64,000 nt of DNA from an uncultured Alphaproteobacteria bacterium (GCA_963718035.1 CAVQYD010000018.1:301-64300), one strand, 5' to 3'. Counted from the stretch's first letter, positions 19,571-29,735 are shown. Numbers and translations: made by a program. Notes: generated by a model not told the origin, from the sequence alone.

Positions 19571-19903
19571 TCAATCTTCCCGCTCCTCCGCATCGATCTC
19601 AAGGAAGCTGCGGCCGTCGCTTTCGCGCACGGCCACGATCCGGTAGACACGCGCGCCATCGCGCAAGCGATGCCGCGTGCTGATGCCGCTCCGCGCGCGG
19701 ATGACGATGCGACGGCGCAGCACCGCGCCCAGGCTGTCCCCTGCAATGTCGCCGCGCGCGGAGACCGGCGTCACTTGCGCCCATAGCGTGGCCACCGCCT
19801 CGTAAGTGCGGACAACTCCGCCCGCGCCGTCGCCGGTCTCCGCCGGCGCCTCCAGCACCAGCCGGCGGTTGAGCGCGCCGATATCTTTCAACGGCGCGCT
19901 CAC
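19571..19903 (-). CDS. GTA g7 head-tail adaptor (head closure protein)
   Basis: IGALNRRLVLEAP..DGAGG..VATLWAQV..RVYRIVAVRE. Confidence 0.88.
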   Translation of the reverse strand: MSAPLKDIGALNRRLVLEAPAETGDGAGGVVRTYEAVATLWAQVTPVSARGDIAGDSLGAVLRRRIVIRARSGISTRHRLRDGARVYRIVAVRESDGRSFLEIDAEERED

Positions 19904-20468
19904 AGCCGCAGCATCCGGTAGGGCGCGATCAGCGCAGCGGCATTCGATGGCACCGGCGCCACCTCCGCGCCGGCAACGACCGCGCGGTTCTCGTGCCAGT
20001 GCGCGACCAGAATCCGGATCGCCTGGCGTATTGGCTCCGGCACATCGCCCGCCGCATCGCCAAAGCCTGACGGTGATGTCGAGCTCGATGCCGGCGCGCG
20101 ATACGCGTCGGCATCGGCAGTGCCCAGGGTAAGAATGAAAGTGTCGACGTGCTCAGGTCCGGCACGAAGGCCTGGGCGTCGATCGTGCGCACCTCGCCGT
20201 CGAAATCGAAAACGCGCGCGGCGGTGAGCGCCTGCAACGGCGCCGGCCGCACCGCGATGCGTCCGTTCGCCGGCCAGCAGTCGAGCACCATGCGCCAGCT
20301 CTGCGTAATGAGCGCGAGCCCGGTTTGCGTCTCGACATGCAGGCGCGCCGCCGAAATGAATGCCGCGATCAGCGGATCATCGTCCGCCGTCTCGAGGCGC
20401 AGGAAGGCTTTCGCCTCGGCGAGCGACAGCGGCTCGGCCGCAGGTGGCGTGAGCAGAATAGATGCCAT
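19900..20468 (-). CDS. GTA g6 head-tail connector (phiE125 gp8-like; frameshifted near 20090)
   Basis: LLTPPAAEPLSLAEAKAFLR..DDPLI..ISAARLHVE.QTGLALITQSW; the shifted frame ends LIAPYRMLRL*. Confidence 0.88.
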
Positions 20469-20595
20469 TGATGATGTTCCGAAAATTGCGCGCGCACGCG
20501 CCATTCCGGCGGCGGGCTTTGGCCCGCCATCCGGAACGGTGAAAGCGTCGCGTTGGACTGTGGTGGTGTGGTTCCGCCCGGATAGGCGGCCGCGA

Positions 20596-20814
20596 TCAGC
20601 CGCCGGCCGGCTCGCCGCCGACATCGCCTCGCCGAGCCGAGCGATCGAACTCGTAGACGATGTCGGCGCGGCTGTTCTGGTCAGCCTGCTCGGCGAGCCG
20701 CACGTAGCATTGCGCCAGGTTCGCCCATTGGGCCCGCAGCACCGGGCTTCGTTCCCGGGCAGCGCGGGTGCGCAGATGGGCCGCAAGGGCGCGATATCGG
20801 TCGGCGGGGCTCAT
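20596..20814 (-). CDS. small helical hypothetical protein
   Basis: ADRYRALAA..RAQWANLAQCYVRLAEQAD. Confidence 0.65.
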   Translation of the reverse strand: MSPADRYRALAAHLRTRAARERSPVLRAQWANLAQCYVRLAEQADQNSRADIVYEFDRSARRGDVGGEPAGG

Positions 20815-21021
20815 CGGTTGGTACCTTGGCGTCGCTTACTCAATCTATGTCTTTGTACACATGATCGAGAACCAAGCAGGTCGCCGACCGTTCCGCTCTT
20901 CACGAAAAATTCCCAACTTTTTGACCGGTTGTTCAGTGACTTGGTTCACACTTGTCTTCGGTCCAGGTTCCCCGGCAGCCGGCCCAGGGTGCGAATTGAC
21001 AAAGTTCCGCGGCCAAGGCTC

Positions 21022-21777
21022 ATGCACGCCATGTTCCGCGTTCTCGCCGCCATCGCCCTCCTGCTGCTCGCCTCCCCCGCTTCCGCCGTTACCGGCAATG
21101 CGCCGCCGGCGGCCGGCTGGGCCGCGCGCGCCATCGTGATGATCGTGGATACGCGCGACGACCTGTGCACCGGCACCGCGCTCGCGCCCGACCTCGTGCT
21201 CACGGCCGCGCATTGCGTCTTCCGTAACGTCGACTACCAGGTCAAGGCCTACCAGACCGGCGGCCCCATTCCGGTGCGCACCATCGTGCGGCATCCGCGG
21301 TTCGACTATGCGAATTATGCCGCCAGCCGCGCCACCGCCGACGTCGCGCTCATCAAGCTCGCTGCGCCGTTGCCCGATGCGGTGATCCCGGCGTCGCTGG
21401 CGGCACCGCGGCGCGTCGCGCCCGGCGAAACGCTCACCATTGCCGGCTTCGGCGTCACCCTGGCGGGAACCGCGCGCGGGCTCGGCCAGCCGCGCATGGC
21501 GACGCTCACCGTCACCGGCAAGCCGGGGTCCCTGCAGATCCGCCTTTACGACACCGCCACCCGCAACCAGCGCATCGGCCTTGGCGGCTGCACCGGGGAT
21601 TCCGGCGCGCCCGCTTATGACGGCGAAGGCCCGCTGGTGATCGGCGTGGTGAGCTGGTCGACCGCGCCCGGCGACGAAACAGGGTGCGGCGGCCTCACCG
21701 GCATCACGCCGCTTTTGAGCTATCGCGACTGGATCGTCGACACCGCACGCAAGCTCAATTCACCGCTCGCGCCCTAG
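21022..21777 (+). CDS. trypsin-like (S1) serine protease, secreted
   Basis: CTGT, LTAAHC, DVALIKL, GDSGAP, GVVSW. Confidence 0.93.
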   Translation: MHAMFRVLAAIALLLLASPASAVTGNAPPAAGWAARAIVMIVDTRDDLCTGTALAPDLVLTAAHCVFRNVDYQVKAYQTGGPIPVRTIVRHPRFDYANYAASRATADVALIKLAAPLPDAVIPASLAAPRRVAPGETLTIAGFGVTLAGTARGLGQPRMATLTVTGKPGSLQIRLYDTATRNQRIGLGGCTGDSGAPAYDGEGPLVIGVVSWSTAPGDETGCGGLTGITPLLSYRDWIVDTARKLNSPLAP

Positions 21778-21814
21778 GCCGTACGTGTCGACACGAAATC
21801 GAGGTTCTGTCCTT

Positions 21815-21886
21815 ATGTCTGCTTTACGCCCGAAAGTGGACATTCGCGGCTGCGATCGAAATGTCTGCTAAGTGCCAATAGCGGAC
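21815..21886 (+). repeat. palindromic repeat cluster (B, C)
   Basis: atgtctgcttt-acgcccg-aaagtggacat; atgtctgctaa-gtgcca-atagcggac. Confidence 0.9.
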
Positions 21887-21896
21887 CTTCCGTCTT

Positions 21897-22877
21897 TCAC
21901 TCGATCACCTCATCGGCGCGGGCCAGCAACGCGGGTGGGATTGCGAGCCCGATGGATTTGGCGGTCTTCAGGTTGATGGCAAGCTCGAACTTTGTGGGTT
22001 GCTGCACCGGCAGATCGGCGGGATCGATGCCTCGCAGGATTTTGTCCACGTACAGGGCGCCGCGGCGCCATAGATCTGCGCGGTCAGGCGAGTAGCTCAT
22101 GAGACCTCCTTCCCGCACATGATGCTTCGGTCCAAAAAGCGAAGGTAGTTTGTGTGCTAAAGAGAGTTCTGCAAGCCGCTTTGCCCCGGCGACGAAAAGA
22201 GGAGTCGAGAGGACCAGGACCGCCTCGGCGTGCTCTCCAACGATGGCCGTAAAGGCGCTGTCGTACTCTGTCGCGCTGCGCACGGGAACCGATTGAACCC
22301 GAAGCCCCAGCGCTGGGCCTGCAGCCTCGACGGCCTTTAAGCCCGGACCATGCGACGGGGTGGCGGGGTCAAAGATGACGGCCACCCGCGAAATTCCCGG
22401 AATGGCCTCCTTGAGCAGCTCCAAACCCTTTACATTGGTCTCAGTCATCATCAGGGAGAGTCCGGTGATGTTGCCGCCCGGCCGTGCGAGGCTAGCCACA
22501 TGGCTGCTGCCGAGGGGGTCCGCGTGACTTATGAATATGATTGGGATCGTCGAGGTCGCTCGCTTGGCTGCCTCGGTGTAGATAGAACTCGGGGCCATGA
22601 TCACGTCGACCTTGAGCCGGACAAGTTCCTCCGCAAGTTCGCGCATCCGCTCCGGTTTACCCTCCGCCCATCTGTACTCGATGGCGATGGTTCGTCCCTC
22701 CACGTAGCCCAGCTCGCGAAGTCCTTGGCGGAAAGCTTCAAGGGCATCTAGAAATGCGTCTGGACTGTCCCAAAGAAAACCGATCCGGAAGACCTTGCCT
22801 GGCTGTTGCGCGCCCGCAGCTAGCGGCCATGCGGCCGCCGCGCCGCCGAGAAGTGTGATGAACTCGCGCCGCTGCAT
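21897..22877 (-). CDS. ABC transporter substrate-binding protein (ABC_sub_bind-type), paralogue 1
   Basis: MQRREFITLLGG, SLARPGGNITG, GGLMSY, DLPVQQPTKFELAINLKTA, ADEVIE. Confidence 0.93.
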   Translation of the reverse strand: MQRREFITLLGGAAAAWPLAAGAQQPGKVFRIGFLWDSPDAFLDALEAFRQGLRELGYVEGRTIAIEYRWAEGKPERMRELAEELVRLKVDVIMAPSSIYTEAAKRATSTIPIIFISHADPLGSSHVASLARPGGNITGLSLMMTETNVKGLELLKEAIPGISRVAVIFDPATPSHGPGLKAVEAAGPALGLRVQSVPVRSATEYDSAFTAIVGEHAEAVLVLSTPLFVAGAKRLAELSLAHKLPSLFGPKHHVREGGLMSYSPDRADLWRRGALYVDKILRGIDPADLPVQQPTKFELAINLKTAKSIGLAIPPALLARADEVIE

Positions 22878-22902
22878 GTGCCTCCCGGGGTTCAAGAAGG
22901 GC

Positions 22903-22932
22903 ATCGTACCGTGTCAAACGAGTGGACTGGAA
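22903..22932 (-). promoter_or_regulatory. conserved repeat-adjacent promoter-like motif
   Basis: Minus strand TTCCAG-N18-TACGAT between the repeat and the SBP start. Confidence 0.6.
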
Positions 22933-22955
22933 GGGCTCGGGCGTGAGTACAGTCA

Positions 22956-22985
22956 ATGTCCGCTTTACCCCCAGAAAGCAGACAT
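22956..22985 (+). repeat. palindromic repeat (B)
   Basis: atgtccgcttt-acccccag-aaagcagacat. Confidence 0.88.
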
Positions 22986-23037
22986 TGCTCGGTATGACAC
23001 GGAAATCCGCTAAGGACCGAAGGCCGCTGGCTCGCGT

Positions 23038-23460
23038 TTACGGCGCTTTGCTGCCTTCGATGGAAAAGTCACGGCCTGCGCTTCTGCCACCGCCGCCGAT
23101 CGCCATCACCCAGTAACGGCGGCCGCTGGCGGATACCGCAGAGGCAACAGCCTGGCAGCCGCCGAGCATCATGTTCGTGCGGTGACGCGACGATTGCATC
23201 CACATGCGCCTCGCACATTCCTCGGTCTCGCACCCGACCGCGACATTCTCAGCAACGGCACCCGCCGGCCCACGATGCCGCTTGAAGCCCGCATGATCGA
23301 GGCTATTGCGGCGAGCCATATCGTAGGCGTGCTGCTGAGCAAGCGCGTAGAGCGCGGCACAATCAGCATGGCACACGCCGGCGCCGGCGGCGCTGAACAA
23401 CAATGCGAGGCTAAAATGGATGACAGGAAATCTCGACAGGCTACGCATAACAACCCCCAA
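23038..23460 (-). CDS. CAP/SCP domain secreted protein
   Basis: AQQHAYDMA..LDH, AENVA, WMQSSRHRTNM. Confidence 0.8.
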   Translation of the reverse strand: MGVVMRSLSRFPVIHFSLALLFSAAGAGVCHADCAALYALAQQHAYDMARRNSLDHAGFKRHRGPAGAVAENVAVGCETEECARRMWMQSSRHRTNMMLGGCQAVASAVSASGRRYWVMAIGGGGRSAGRDFSIEGSKAP

Positions 23461-23526
23461 AATATGGACGAGAGCTACGACCTTCCTGCCCTCACCACAA
23501 TGTCAACAATGCAGTCGATGGTGGCG

Positions 23527-23778
23527 CTAGCGACGTTTCGCAGAGTGCCTGTGTTCTGTGGGCGCAGCGACGAAGTACGGGTTCGGATTGCACCAGCCAC
23601 GATTGCCTGCCAGCACATTCGGTCTGCATTCTTCAATAGAGCGATACTGGCAGTCCCAATGCATATCGCCTTCGCCTCCCGAGGTCACCGCGCACCAGGG
23701 GGCCTCCTTGGCCTTCGCCGGCTGTAGGCCGAATGCGAGCGAAGCAAAAGCAGCAACAGCGAAGATGATGCGGGTCAT
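23527..23778 (-). CDS. DUF3551 family secreted protein
   Basis: APWCA..WDCQYRSIEECR..GNRGWCNPNP. Confidence 0.85.
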   Translation of the reverse strand: MTRIIFAVAAFASLAFGLQPAKAKEAPWCAVTSGGEGDMHWDCQYRSIEECRPNVLAGNRGWCNPNPYFVAAPTEHRHSAKRR

Positions 23779-23900
23779 CGTCAGCCTCCGTCTTCAGTGC
23801 TGGTGATAACACCGGACAATCCTTTGCATTCCTACCAGCATGTCCCGACATCAAACTTGAGAATGAACCAGATAGGTGTTCGCCGCTTGAGCAGAACACA

Positions 23901-24014
23901 CATCCGCTCTGGGTCAAAAGCAGACATTTCGCGGTGCAATTGTCGTGTCCGCTTTATCCCTGAAAGCGGACTTGCAGTGCGCTAGCCCATGTCCGCTATG
24001 TGCCAATAGCAGAC
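23901..24014 (+). repeat. palindromic repeat cluster (A, B, C)
   Basis: Centres gggtca, atccctg and gtgcca at about 44 bp period. Confidence 0.92.
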
Positions 24015-24174
24015 CTTCAAGCATTGATCTGCGAAAAAAACGACCGCCTCTGTGATCTCCTTAACATTGAGACCGGGCTGCGGTGCCTAATGTATCCCCC
24101 GAGCAAAGGACTCTCTGTAACAACTAAACCGCCGAGGGAAACACCTCGTATTAATCGGAACTCGGGAGCACGTC

Positions 24175-25596
24175 ATGGTACCGGGGGCCATCTTTATCAG
24201 TCATCGGTCTGAATACGCCGATCTTGTCAAAGCATTGAAAGCGGTCATCCAGGAAACCGCTCAAGGCCAGATCTCTGTCTTCATTTCGGAGGACATCCCA
24301 AAGGGTGATGATTGGCGGGCGGAACTCGAAAAAAGTCTGCAAGGAGCGGAAAATCTTTTTCTTATTTACGGTGCCCCATACGAGGATTGGTCCTGGTGTT
24401 TTTATGAAACAGGATACTTCGGTGCTCAGCCACCTTGTGAAGGGCGCGAGCGCCGGATTTTTTGCGTCAAGCGCAAGGACATCCCCGTTCCGAGCCCGCT
24501 GAGCCATCTGCAAGCGATTGCTGACGAAACGGAACTGGTAAAGGTACTCATCGAAATTTATCGGCAAAACAAGATTGCCTTTGATGCGGGCGACCTGCGC
24601 GCGCGCGTCCAGTCCATCGGACGCAAGCTGTTTGGAAAGATTGCGGAGCTGAGAGGTTATTCACGCGTTCTTGTATCGATTAACAACGATGATTTTGGCG
24701 AAGCAGCGGGCCTCCCGGCCAAGGCGATAGTCGAGAGCGACACCACAACGATCACCGAATTGTTCGGCTTGGCTACATCCAGCGTCCAGTGGGGCGAAAT
24801 AATCAAGATCGCCGCCGAACTCGCCGGCAACGAAAAAATATTTTTCGAAAAATGGCTGGCAGAAACCGCAAAAATAATCCGCGCCGGCCACGAAAACAGC
24901 GTCGTAGCGCCGCAAACCGTGCTGATCGCTCGCCGGGGCGGCAAGCGATACCGGTTGCTGCTGTATCACATGCGAAGGCAAGGCAATGATGTCAGCGTTT
25001 ACGAGTTCCTGGCAGTGGATGAAGTCGGTGGCCCGACGGTGGGGCTGCCGGCGCCCGTGCTGTCCCTGATCACTGCCATCCGAATGGGGTTTCGCTTCCG
25101 ATACGAGCTTATTGATAAATTCGCTGACCTTGATTGGGAAGCACTCTCGCCAAACGAGCGTCAGAGCAACGTCAGCGAGTTCCAGACTATCCTTCAAAAT
25201 CTGCTGGCAGAGTCTGATGCGCGTGGAAACGTCGATGTCTCTGAGCGAAATTTCTACAGCGCGTTCGACCGTGTCTCTGCGCCTCGGATGAGGAGACTTA
25301 TAGCCAACTGGGAGCCGATCTACGCGGAGTTGACACAGACCCTGGGCATTCTGGGGAGCGCCAAGATTTCCAAGAGTGTTTCAGCCGAGAATACCAAACG
25401 TTTTTGCGAGGCGCTCGACGCGTTACGTTTTCTGAATCTCGAGTTCCTGTCACGGTGCTGTGACAGCGTCGCAAAGACGATGTCGGTCCCAACGGACGAG
25501 CTGGATGCAAATGCGGTGAAGCTCGATCTCCTGGTGAAAGCGATCAGAGAGCGGTCGTCCGAAGGGGGCCCGGCGGCGCCGTTGCAGGCAGCCTGA
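24175..25596 (+). CDS. TIR-domain protein with an uncharacterised C-terminal region
   Basis: IFISH, VFISEDIPKGDDWRAELEKSL, WCFYE (catalytic Glu position). Confidence 0.8.
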   Translation: MVPGAIFISHRSEYADLVKALKAVIQETAQGQISVFISEDIPKGDDWRAELEKSLQGAENLFLIYGAPYEDWSWCFYETGYFGAQPPCEGRERRIFCVKRKDIPVPSPLSHLQAIADETELVKVLIEIYRQNKIAFDAGDLRARVQSIGRKLFGKIAELRGYSRVLVSINNDDFGEAAGLPAKAIVESDTTTITELFGLATSSVQWGEIIKIAAELAGNEKIFFEKWLAETAKIIRAGHENSVVAPQTVLIARRGGKRYRLLLYHMRRQGNDVSVYEFLAVDEVGGPTVGLPAPVLSLITAIRMGFRFRYELIDKFADLDWEALSPNERQSNVSEFQTILQNLLAESDARGNVDVSERNFYSAFDRVSAPRMRRLIANWEPIYAELTQTLGILGSAKISKSVSAENTKRFCEALDALRFLNLEFLSRCCDSVAKTMSVPTDELDANAVKLDLLVKAIRERSSEGGPAAPLQAA

Positions 25597-25609
25597 ATAA
25601 TTAAGAGCG

Positions 25610-25671
25610 ATGTCCGCTTTGCGTCCATGAGGGAGATTCCGACATGTCTGCTAAGTGCCAATAGCGGACAT
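25610..25671 (+). repeat. palindromic repeat cluster (degenerate A, C)
   Basis: atgtccgctttgcgtcca..; atgtctgctaa-gtgcca-atagcggacat. Confidence 0.88.
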
Positions 25672-25681
25672 CGCCGCATGC

Positions 25682-25978
25682 CTATTTAAGTGCAAGTACA
25701 ACCGGCCCAGAAACCGGATCCGAGACTCCCAGACCCCCACCAAGGTCTTCAAGAGTGCCACGAAACAAATCAAGCGTTGCAATCATATGAGGTCGCGCGT
25801 TCGTAAGTGCATCCATATCAGTCCATTCTGCAATAATGCAGAAAGTGCGATCGCCGGTTTTAATCATGTTTGCGTGCTTAAGACCCGGCCAATTAGCTTG
25901 CACCTTTTTGTGTGCATCAAGGAATTCCTGCTCGCGGCCAGGCTTAACTTTGAAACGAACAGCGTTGAATGCAGTCAT
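25682..25978 (-). CDS. dimeric alpha/beta barrel (DUF718/ABM-like) protein
   Basis: MTAFNAVRFKVKPGREQEFLDAH..CIIAEW..LGVSDPVSG. Confidence 0.7.
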   Translation of the reverse strand: MTAFNAVRFKVKPGREQEFLDAHKKVQANWPGLKHANMIKTGDRTFCIIAEWTDMDALTNARPHMIATLDLFRGTLEDLGGGLGVSDPVSGPVVLALK

Positions 25979-26014
25979 GGAGCCTCCTTCTCTGCCAATG
26001 TCGGGCACCTCAAT

Positions 26015-27047
26015 TCACTCCAGTCCATTAGATGAAACCCAGCCCTCATAGCCATTCCACTCGACTAAGCAAAATGGATAAGCGCTGGCGTTGTCTTTCG
26101 GCGCTACGCACCGACCCCTCATAACAACACCCGTCGACCCCGCTGGAATGCGGATTAACACTTTTTGATCCTGGCCTGGTCCCGATCGAAGGTTGACATA
26201 TCCAAGTGAAACGTCGCGCTTGATCCTTTTTGTTACGGTCGCCGGACTGGCATCGGGCCCCGTTTTGGCTCGGCGCTCCTGTTCCGCACTGAGAGCGGCC
26301 TGCTGTTGCCTGGCTTCCTCCGCCTTGCGCTTTACGTCCGCCTCGGCCGCCGCTCTCGCCTGTCGTTCCTGCTCCGCCCTGAGAGATGCCAGCCGTTGTC
26401 GCTCGGCCTCGTCCGCCTTGCGCTTCGCTTCCGCTTCTGCCTTGAGCGCGATGACCCGCTGTAGCTCAGCTCCCTCACGCTTCTGAATGAATGCGTAGCC
26501 GCCCCAGCCGATGAGGAGCAGCAATGCCGCTGCCACCACGGCGACCAACGGCACCCGCCACTGGCCCGGTCCGACCGCCTCTTGACCGAGCGCTTTGCGC
26601 ATTCTTGCGATCAGCGCCTCGGCATCATGGCCAAAATGCGCGTGGCGCACCTGGACGGCCTGGCGGCGGGCGAGCGGCTTCAGAGTATCGGGTAGGTCGT
26701 TCTCCTTCGGCATGCGCGCGCCATCGACCAAAACAGGGATGACAAGAGTGTCGCGGGCAAGCGCCGCCGCGATTTCGATCGCAACGAAGTCGTCCGGTTG
26801 GTGGAGTCGGCGCTGTCCCGCTTTATCCTTCGCCCTCAGCCAATTGGGACCGATGATGGCCAGAACGACATCGCACTCCGCCACTTGATTGTTGAGATGT
26901 GCCACGAAGTCGGCCCCCGCCGGAATGTGGTCGACATCCATAAAGAGCTTGTCGCGGCCAAAAGTCTGCGCGAGCCGGTCGTGCAGTCGACCGGCCATGC
27001 CGATTGAAGTCATCTCGGCGGTAATTGATGAAAATCTTACCAGCCAT
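26015..27047 (-). CDS. TIR-TM-coiled coil-SH3b membrane protein (frameshift near 27015)
   Basis: KIFINYRRDD, LFMDVDHIPAG.DF, DFVAIEIAAAL, TM, EAERQR repeats, VNLRSGPG..EGWV. Confidence 0.82.
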
Positions 27048-27440
27048 GCCGGGTTCTCCCCCGGAAAGACCGAAATCTTATCGCGGGACCGGCCAACTCA
27101 CTATGAGCTTGTTCACATAGGCCAGTTGGAAGCCCAGCACAGCAGGCAGTACTGACCTGACCGAGACCCCGCATCCACGAGGCGTTGCTGCCGTCGATAG
27201 CTAACCGGTCAAATTCAAACCGAATGCCCTGTGCATGTCCTAAATCATGGCCACGAAGGCCCGCGTGTAGGCGCCGCCGTAAAGCGACGAGTTGAGGGAC
27301 GCCGCCAATGCGAGCAAACCAACGATCCAGATGAGTATCCGCATGAGGGGTAAGGATGCCGAACAATTCTTAACGAAACTCGCAATGTCAAAATTACATG
27401 CGGGGACGCTCGTCTAACTGGCGCGTAAACGCGACGTAAA

Positions 27441-27474
27441 GCAAAAAGGCCCCGGAGGCCGAAGCCTCCGGGCC
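27441..27474 (-). terminator. intrinsic terminator
   Basis: Minus strand ggcccggaggc-ttcg-gcctccggggcc-tttttgc. Confidence 0.75.
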
Positions 27475-27519
27475 GTTCCACCCAACTGAACTTACGCTAC
27501 TCGCTACAATTCGAGTGCC

Positions 27520-27786
27520 TTACCAGCAACGGCGGACCTTGCGGACGTATCCGTTGAAGTCCTCGCGCACGACGCGGCAATGACGGCGATAGGTGTAACC
27601 GTCGTCGTAGGCGTAACTGCGATAGCGGGGCCCGTAATCATAGTAACCGTTGTAATAGCCGTAACTCGGGCCAACGCCGACTCCGACGCCGACCGGACCC
27701 GCGCCGATCCACACACCCTGCGCGCTTGCCGGCACCGACAATGCGACGCCCGCCGCAGCCAGGATTCCGATTGCAAGTTTTCTCAT
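27520..27786 (-). CDS. small secreted Gly/Tyr-rich protein
   Basis: MRKLAIGILAAAG..PASA; CRVVRE..VRRC. Confidence 0.75.
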   Translation of the reverse strand: MRKLAIGILAAAGVALSVPASAQGVWIGAGPVGVGVGVGPSYGYYNGYYDYGPRYRSYAYDDGYTYRRHCRVVREDFNGYVRKVRRCW

Positions 27787-28118
27787 TGCGAACCTCCCAT
27801 GGTTGCTGCACGGACGGAAACGCGCGGGCGCATGGGGCGTTCCGGTATGATTGTGATCGCCGTCACAAACAGGCGCTTTTCCAGCGCTTTGCCGGCACTT
27901 GAACGATTTGTGAGCGGAGTTCCGCCCGGGTTCCAATGCGGGGCTTCAGCCGGCCGCTTCCTTAACGCCCGGTAAACGGATGCCGGTGCCTTCGATCGGC
28001 GCGCGAAGGGGGGGTGTCGCGTTAATGTCTGCCCGTGCAGGGTGCACCCGGACGCCACATGTCGAATGCGGCGCGCGCCGCACGAACGTCCGAGTGTTTT
28101 GGATTTAGGCTCGTAGTC

Positions 28119-28286
28119 TCACTTAAATGCGGCCGAGATCTTGGTGTAAAAAGTTGCACTTATTTGTGAGCCAACCGTATTCACAGTGCCGATGACGACA
28201 ACCGCAATACTGCCTGCCATGATAGCATATTCAATGGCAGTAGCGCCGGACTCGTTGGTCAAGAAGCGCAGAACAAGCTTGCTCAT
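28119..28286 (-). CDS. Flp family type IVb pilin (55 aa, below the ORF-track cutoff)
   Basis: Manual translation MSKLVLRFLTNESGATAIEYAIMAGSIAVVVIGTVNTVGSQISATFYTKISAAFK; G|ATAIEY prepilin motif. Confidence 0.92.
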   Translation of the reverse strand: MSKLVLRFLTNESGATAIEYAIMAGSIAVVVIGTVNTVGSQISATFYTKISAAFK

Positions 28287-28464
28287 GAGGCTCTCCCAGC
28301 GGCGCCGATCACGACTGAGAGCATAGATACTATCACCCTACTTAAGAGTAGCTCTGGGCTTCGACTAACAATTGCATAAAAATTGAAACAACGGCCCTGA
28401 TTTAAAACGAATTGGATCCGCGAGCGCCCTCACTCACTCCCGGCCCTGCAGATTTGAGCGCTCG

Positions 28465-28493
28465 ATGTCCGCTAATTGACCCAATGCGGACAT
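28465..28493 (-). repeat. palindromic repeat (A, reversed)
   Basis: atgtccgctaat-tgaccc-aatgcggacat. Confidence 0.85.
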
Positions 28494-28504
28494 CGGGTCG
28501 TCCC

Positions 28505-28533
28505 TTAACGAGCCTCGTTTGAACCGCTACGAT
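28505..28533 (+). promoter_or_regulatory. conserved repeat-adjacent promoter-like motif
   Basis: TTAACG-N17-TACGAT, containing tttgaaccg. Confidence 0.55.
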
Positions 28534-28559
28534 GCCTTGGCTGGCCTTGGGTGGCGGAC

Positions 28560-29543
28560 ATGAGGCGGCGGGAGTTTATCGGTCTTATCGGTAGTGTCGC
28601 GGCAGCGTGGCCGTTTGCCGTGCGTGCTCAGCAGCAGCCGGCGATGCCGGCGGTGGGTTTCATCCGCACCACGTCGGCCGCCGCTTCGACGCCTCTGGTA
28701 GCAGCGTTCCGCAAGGGCCTTGCCGAGGCGGGGTTCGTCGAGGGCAAGGACGTCGTGATCGAGCTTCGCTTTGCGGACGACGATTTTGGCCGGCTGCCTG
28801 CGCTGGCGAGTGATCTGGTGCGCCGCGGGGTAGCGGTGATCGTCGGCAATAATTTTGCCGTGCCGGCCATTAGGGCCGCGACGACGACCATCCCGGTCGT
28901 GTTCGTCGGCGGCGACGATCCGGTCCGGACTGGCCTCGTCACAAGCCTCAACAAACCGGGCGGCAATGTTACCGGCATTACGTCCCTTAGCTACGCTCTA
29001 ACGACCAAGCGACTGCAATTGCTGCATGAGCTCGTACCAAAGTCCGCCGCCATCGCCGTCCTGATCGATCCGCACGCCGCCGAGTTCGCACCCGAGGAGC
29101 GTGAGGCAAAGGAAGCTGCGCGCGCGCTTGGGCGCGACATCCTGGTGGTACAAGCTGGCACCGCGCCTGAACTCGAGGCCGCTTTCGCGACGATTTCCCA
29201 TGCGCGCCCAGGTGCGCTGCTCGTGGGCGGCGGCGCTTTTCTCTCCCGCAGCCAGCACCGGCAGCTTGTCGCGTTCGCTGCGCGGCAGGCTTTGATAACC
29301 ATCTATCTGCTGCGCGAAGCCGTGGTGGCGGGTGGCCTGATGAGCTATGGCACCAGCCAGCCGGACACCTACCGCCAGGCAGGTGTCTACGCGGCGCGCA
29401 TTCTCAAGGGCGAGAAGCCCGCCGACCTGCCGGTCATGCAGCCGACCAAGTTCGAGTTGGTGATCAATCTCAAAACCGCGAAAACGCTCGGCCTTGCAAT
29501 TCCGTCGGGCGTGCTTGCGATTGCCGATGAGGTGATCGAGTGA
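28560..29543 (+). CDS. ABC substrate-binding protein, paralogue 2
   Basis: MRRREFIGLIG..PGGNVTG..ADEVIE. Confidence 0.93.
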   Translation: MRRREFIGLIGSVAAAWPFAVRAQQQPAMPAVGFIRTTSAAASTPLVAAFRKGLAEAGFVEGKDVVIELRFADDDFGRLPALASDLVRRGVAVIVGNNFAVPAIRAATTTIPVVFVGGDDPVRTGLVTSLNKPGGNVTGITSLSYALTTKRLQLLHELVPKSAAIAVLIDPHAAEFAPEEREAKEAARALGRDILVVQAGTAPELEAAFATISHARPGALLVGGGAFLSRSQHRQLVAFAARQALITIYLLREAVVAGGLMSYGTSQPDTYRQAGVYAARILKGEKPADLPVMQPTKFELVINLKTAKTLGLAIPSGVLAIADEVIE

Positions 29544-29551
29544 CGCGGCTC

Positions 29552-29652
29552 ATGTCCGCTTCTGGCACGTAGCGGCATCCACTGATTTCGCTGTAGTAAA
29601 GCAGACATAACGTTTGCGTTGCGAAGTGTCCGCTAATGATCCAAAGCGGACA
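29552..29652 (-). repeat. palindromic repeat cluster (reversed: C', degenerate B', A')
   Basis: atgtccgcttc-tggcac-gtagcggcat ... gtgtccgctaa-tgatcc-aaagcggacac. Confidence 0.85.
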
Positions 29653-29735
29653 CCCGCCGGCCAAAACCCTTACGGCCACCTTCCAATCTGCTAGGCTTTC
29701 GCGCCGATGGCGGCGACTTTGGCTGGGGTGGTTAC

